Assembly (NCBI GenBank): GCA_965261735.1
Contig: OZ253470.1
Location: 4,224,001 to 4,288,000, forward strand
Source: Alphaproteobacteria bacterium
Lineage (GTDB): Bacteria > Pseudomonadota > Alphaproteobacteria > SHVV01
Reading direction: 5' to 3'
Length of the DNA: 64,000 nucleotides
Made by a program: the position numbers and the translations under genes. Within the stretch, counting starts at the first letter, position 1. Each line of letters opens with the position of its first letter. Shown here one piece after another: positions 62,799-64,000 of this stretch. The notes beneath the pieces are model-generated. The model saw only the letters and a program-made list of their open reading frames with translations. It was not told the DNA's origin and ran no database searches.

Positions 62799-63903
62799 CT
62801 TGCCTATCCGGTTTACACCCACACCCACTAGGGCTAGAATGGGCGCAACCCGGATATAGGGGAGCGCGCCATGGATGTTCTCGACCGCGCCGATCTCCCA
62901 TTCCCGCATTCGCTACCCGAGTTCCAGCGACTTTTCCCCGATGATGCGGCCTGCGCCGCCTACCTGGAGAAAGCCCGCTGGGGAGACGGCTTTGCCTGCC
63001 CGCACTGCGGCACGGCGGGAGAGCCGTTCCACTTTGAAAACCGCCCTGGCGTCCTGCGCTGCCGCAAGTGCCGCCAGAACACCGGGCTGACGGTGGGAAC
63101 AGTGATGGAGCGTAGCCACACTCCGCTGAACGTCTGGTTCTGGGCCGCTTATCTGGTCGCCAGTCAGACGCCCGGCATGTCCGCCGTGCAGTTTCAGCGG
63201 CAACTTGGTCTTTCGCGCTACGAGACGGCCTTTCAAATTCTCCACAAGCTCCGCTCGGGCATGGTGCGGCCCAACCAAGACAGGATCGGTGGACAGCCCA
63301 AGAACCATGTTGAGATGGACGAAACCTGGGTTGGCGGGCGAACGCGTGGGGAAGGCCGTGGTGTTCACCACAAGGTTCCCGTCTCCTGTGCCATCGAGGT
63401 GCGTCATCGAAAGCCGGGCACCAAGCTCGACAACCGGAAAGACGGACGCTATGCCGGACGCGTTCGGCTCGCCGTCGTGCTCGACCGTAGCGCCGAGTCG
63501 CTCTGTGGGTTCGTCGAGAGCACCGTCGCGCCGCGATCGCTGATCGTTACTGACGATTGGAGCGGCTATGCTGGCCTCGGGAAGCGCGGCTATGAGCACT
63601 TCGCTGTTGCCGAGTGTGGTGATCCAGAGGTTGCCGAGCAATACCTGCCGATCATCCATCTGGTTTTCGCCAACCTGAAGACGTGGCTGATCGGTATCCA
63701 CCACGGCGTTAGCCACCAGCACCTACAAGCCTACCTCAACGAGTTCACCTTCCGCTTCAACAGGCGGTTCTACCCGTTCAACGCCTTCCGCTCATTGCTC
63801 GGCATCGCGGGCGACACCTCTGCTCCAACCTATGCCGAGCTTTACTCGGGAGAGTGGCGGCACCCTACATGTAGCGGTCATGGGCGTTAACCGGATAGGC
63901 AAG
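62799..63903 (+). mobile_element. IS1595-A full-length copy (transposase 62871-63890), non-matching flanks
   Basis: Both IRs present; left flank GATTGAGG (IS6), right flank GTATGTTC (IS1595-B). Confidence 0.95.
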
Positions 63904-64000
63904 GTATGTTCTCAATATGTTCTGTATGAGGGGGTCACGGTTATGGGGTTCAAGGTTGCATCGCGCGTGCGTGGTCTGAACGACGAGGCGTTTCGGGAGG
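63904..64000 (+). mobile_element. IS1595-B body starting at its base ~34 (continues beyond the window)
   Basis: Matches 46866 onward except for one G-run length difference. Confidence 0.92.

Noticed and set aside
1-64000. CRISPR array, rRNA, prophage, and the many long antisense ORFs in the ORF track
   Set aside because: No regularly spaced repeats, rRNA or phage genes seen; the antisense ORFs are high-GC shadows of identified genes

Overview
High-GC alphaproteobacterial (probably Rhodospirillales-like) chromosomal window. The left 19 kb is mostly intact core content: a CoxL-like molybdenum hydroxylase cluster (coxG-L-S-M-D-E), a 9-gene Mrp Na+/H+ antiporter operon, a dual cold-shock protein, a TPP-riboswitch-controlled thiZXY transporter, DUF192, tRNA-Pro, an NDUFS4-like gene and tRNA-Arg. 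Beyond tRNA-Arg lie accessory genes: a PEP-CTERM protein with a sigma54 promoter, an aprB-aprA-aprA' APS reductase locus with a diverged tandem aprA copy, kynU/kynA, two adenylate cyclases, tandem VOC dioxygenase-like genes, DM13/cytochrome b and nnrS. This part is increasingly broken up by IS elements (seven pieces of one IS1595, a second IS1595, two IS256, IS3, two IS5, IS6, two IS21, two IS110/IS1111), deletions and frameshifts. Main highlights: (1) an IS1111-type IS110 element sits inside the terminal inverted repeat of an IS6, and its 3' non-coding region reads as a bridge/seek RNA whose guides match both that IS6 IR and its own circle junction; a second IS1111 remnant carries the same RNA scaffold with different guides; (2) tandem aprA paralogues with active-site and channel substitutions and no sat/aprM/qmo nearby; (3) swapped IS flanks pointing to a ~56 kb inversion; (4) a 380-bp near-palindromic element. 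All calls come from reading the sequence by eye; no database searches were run.
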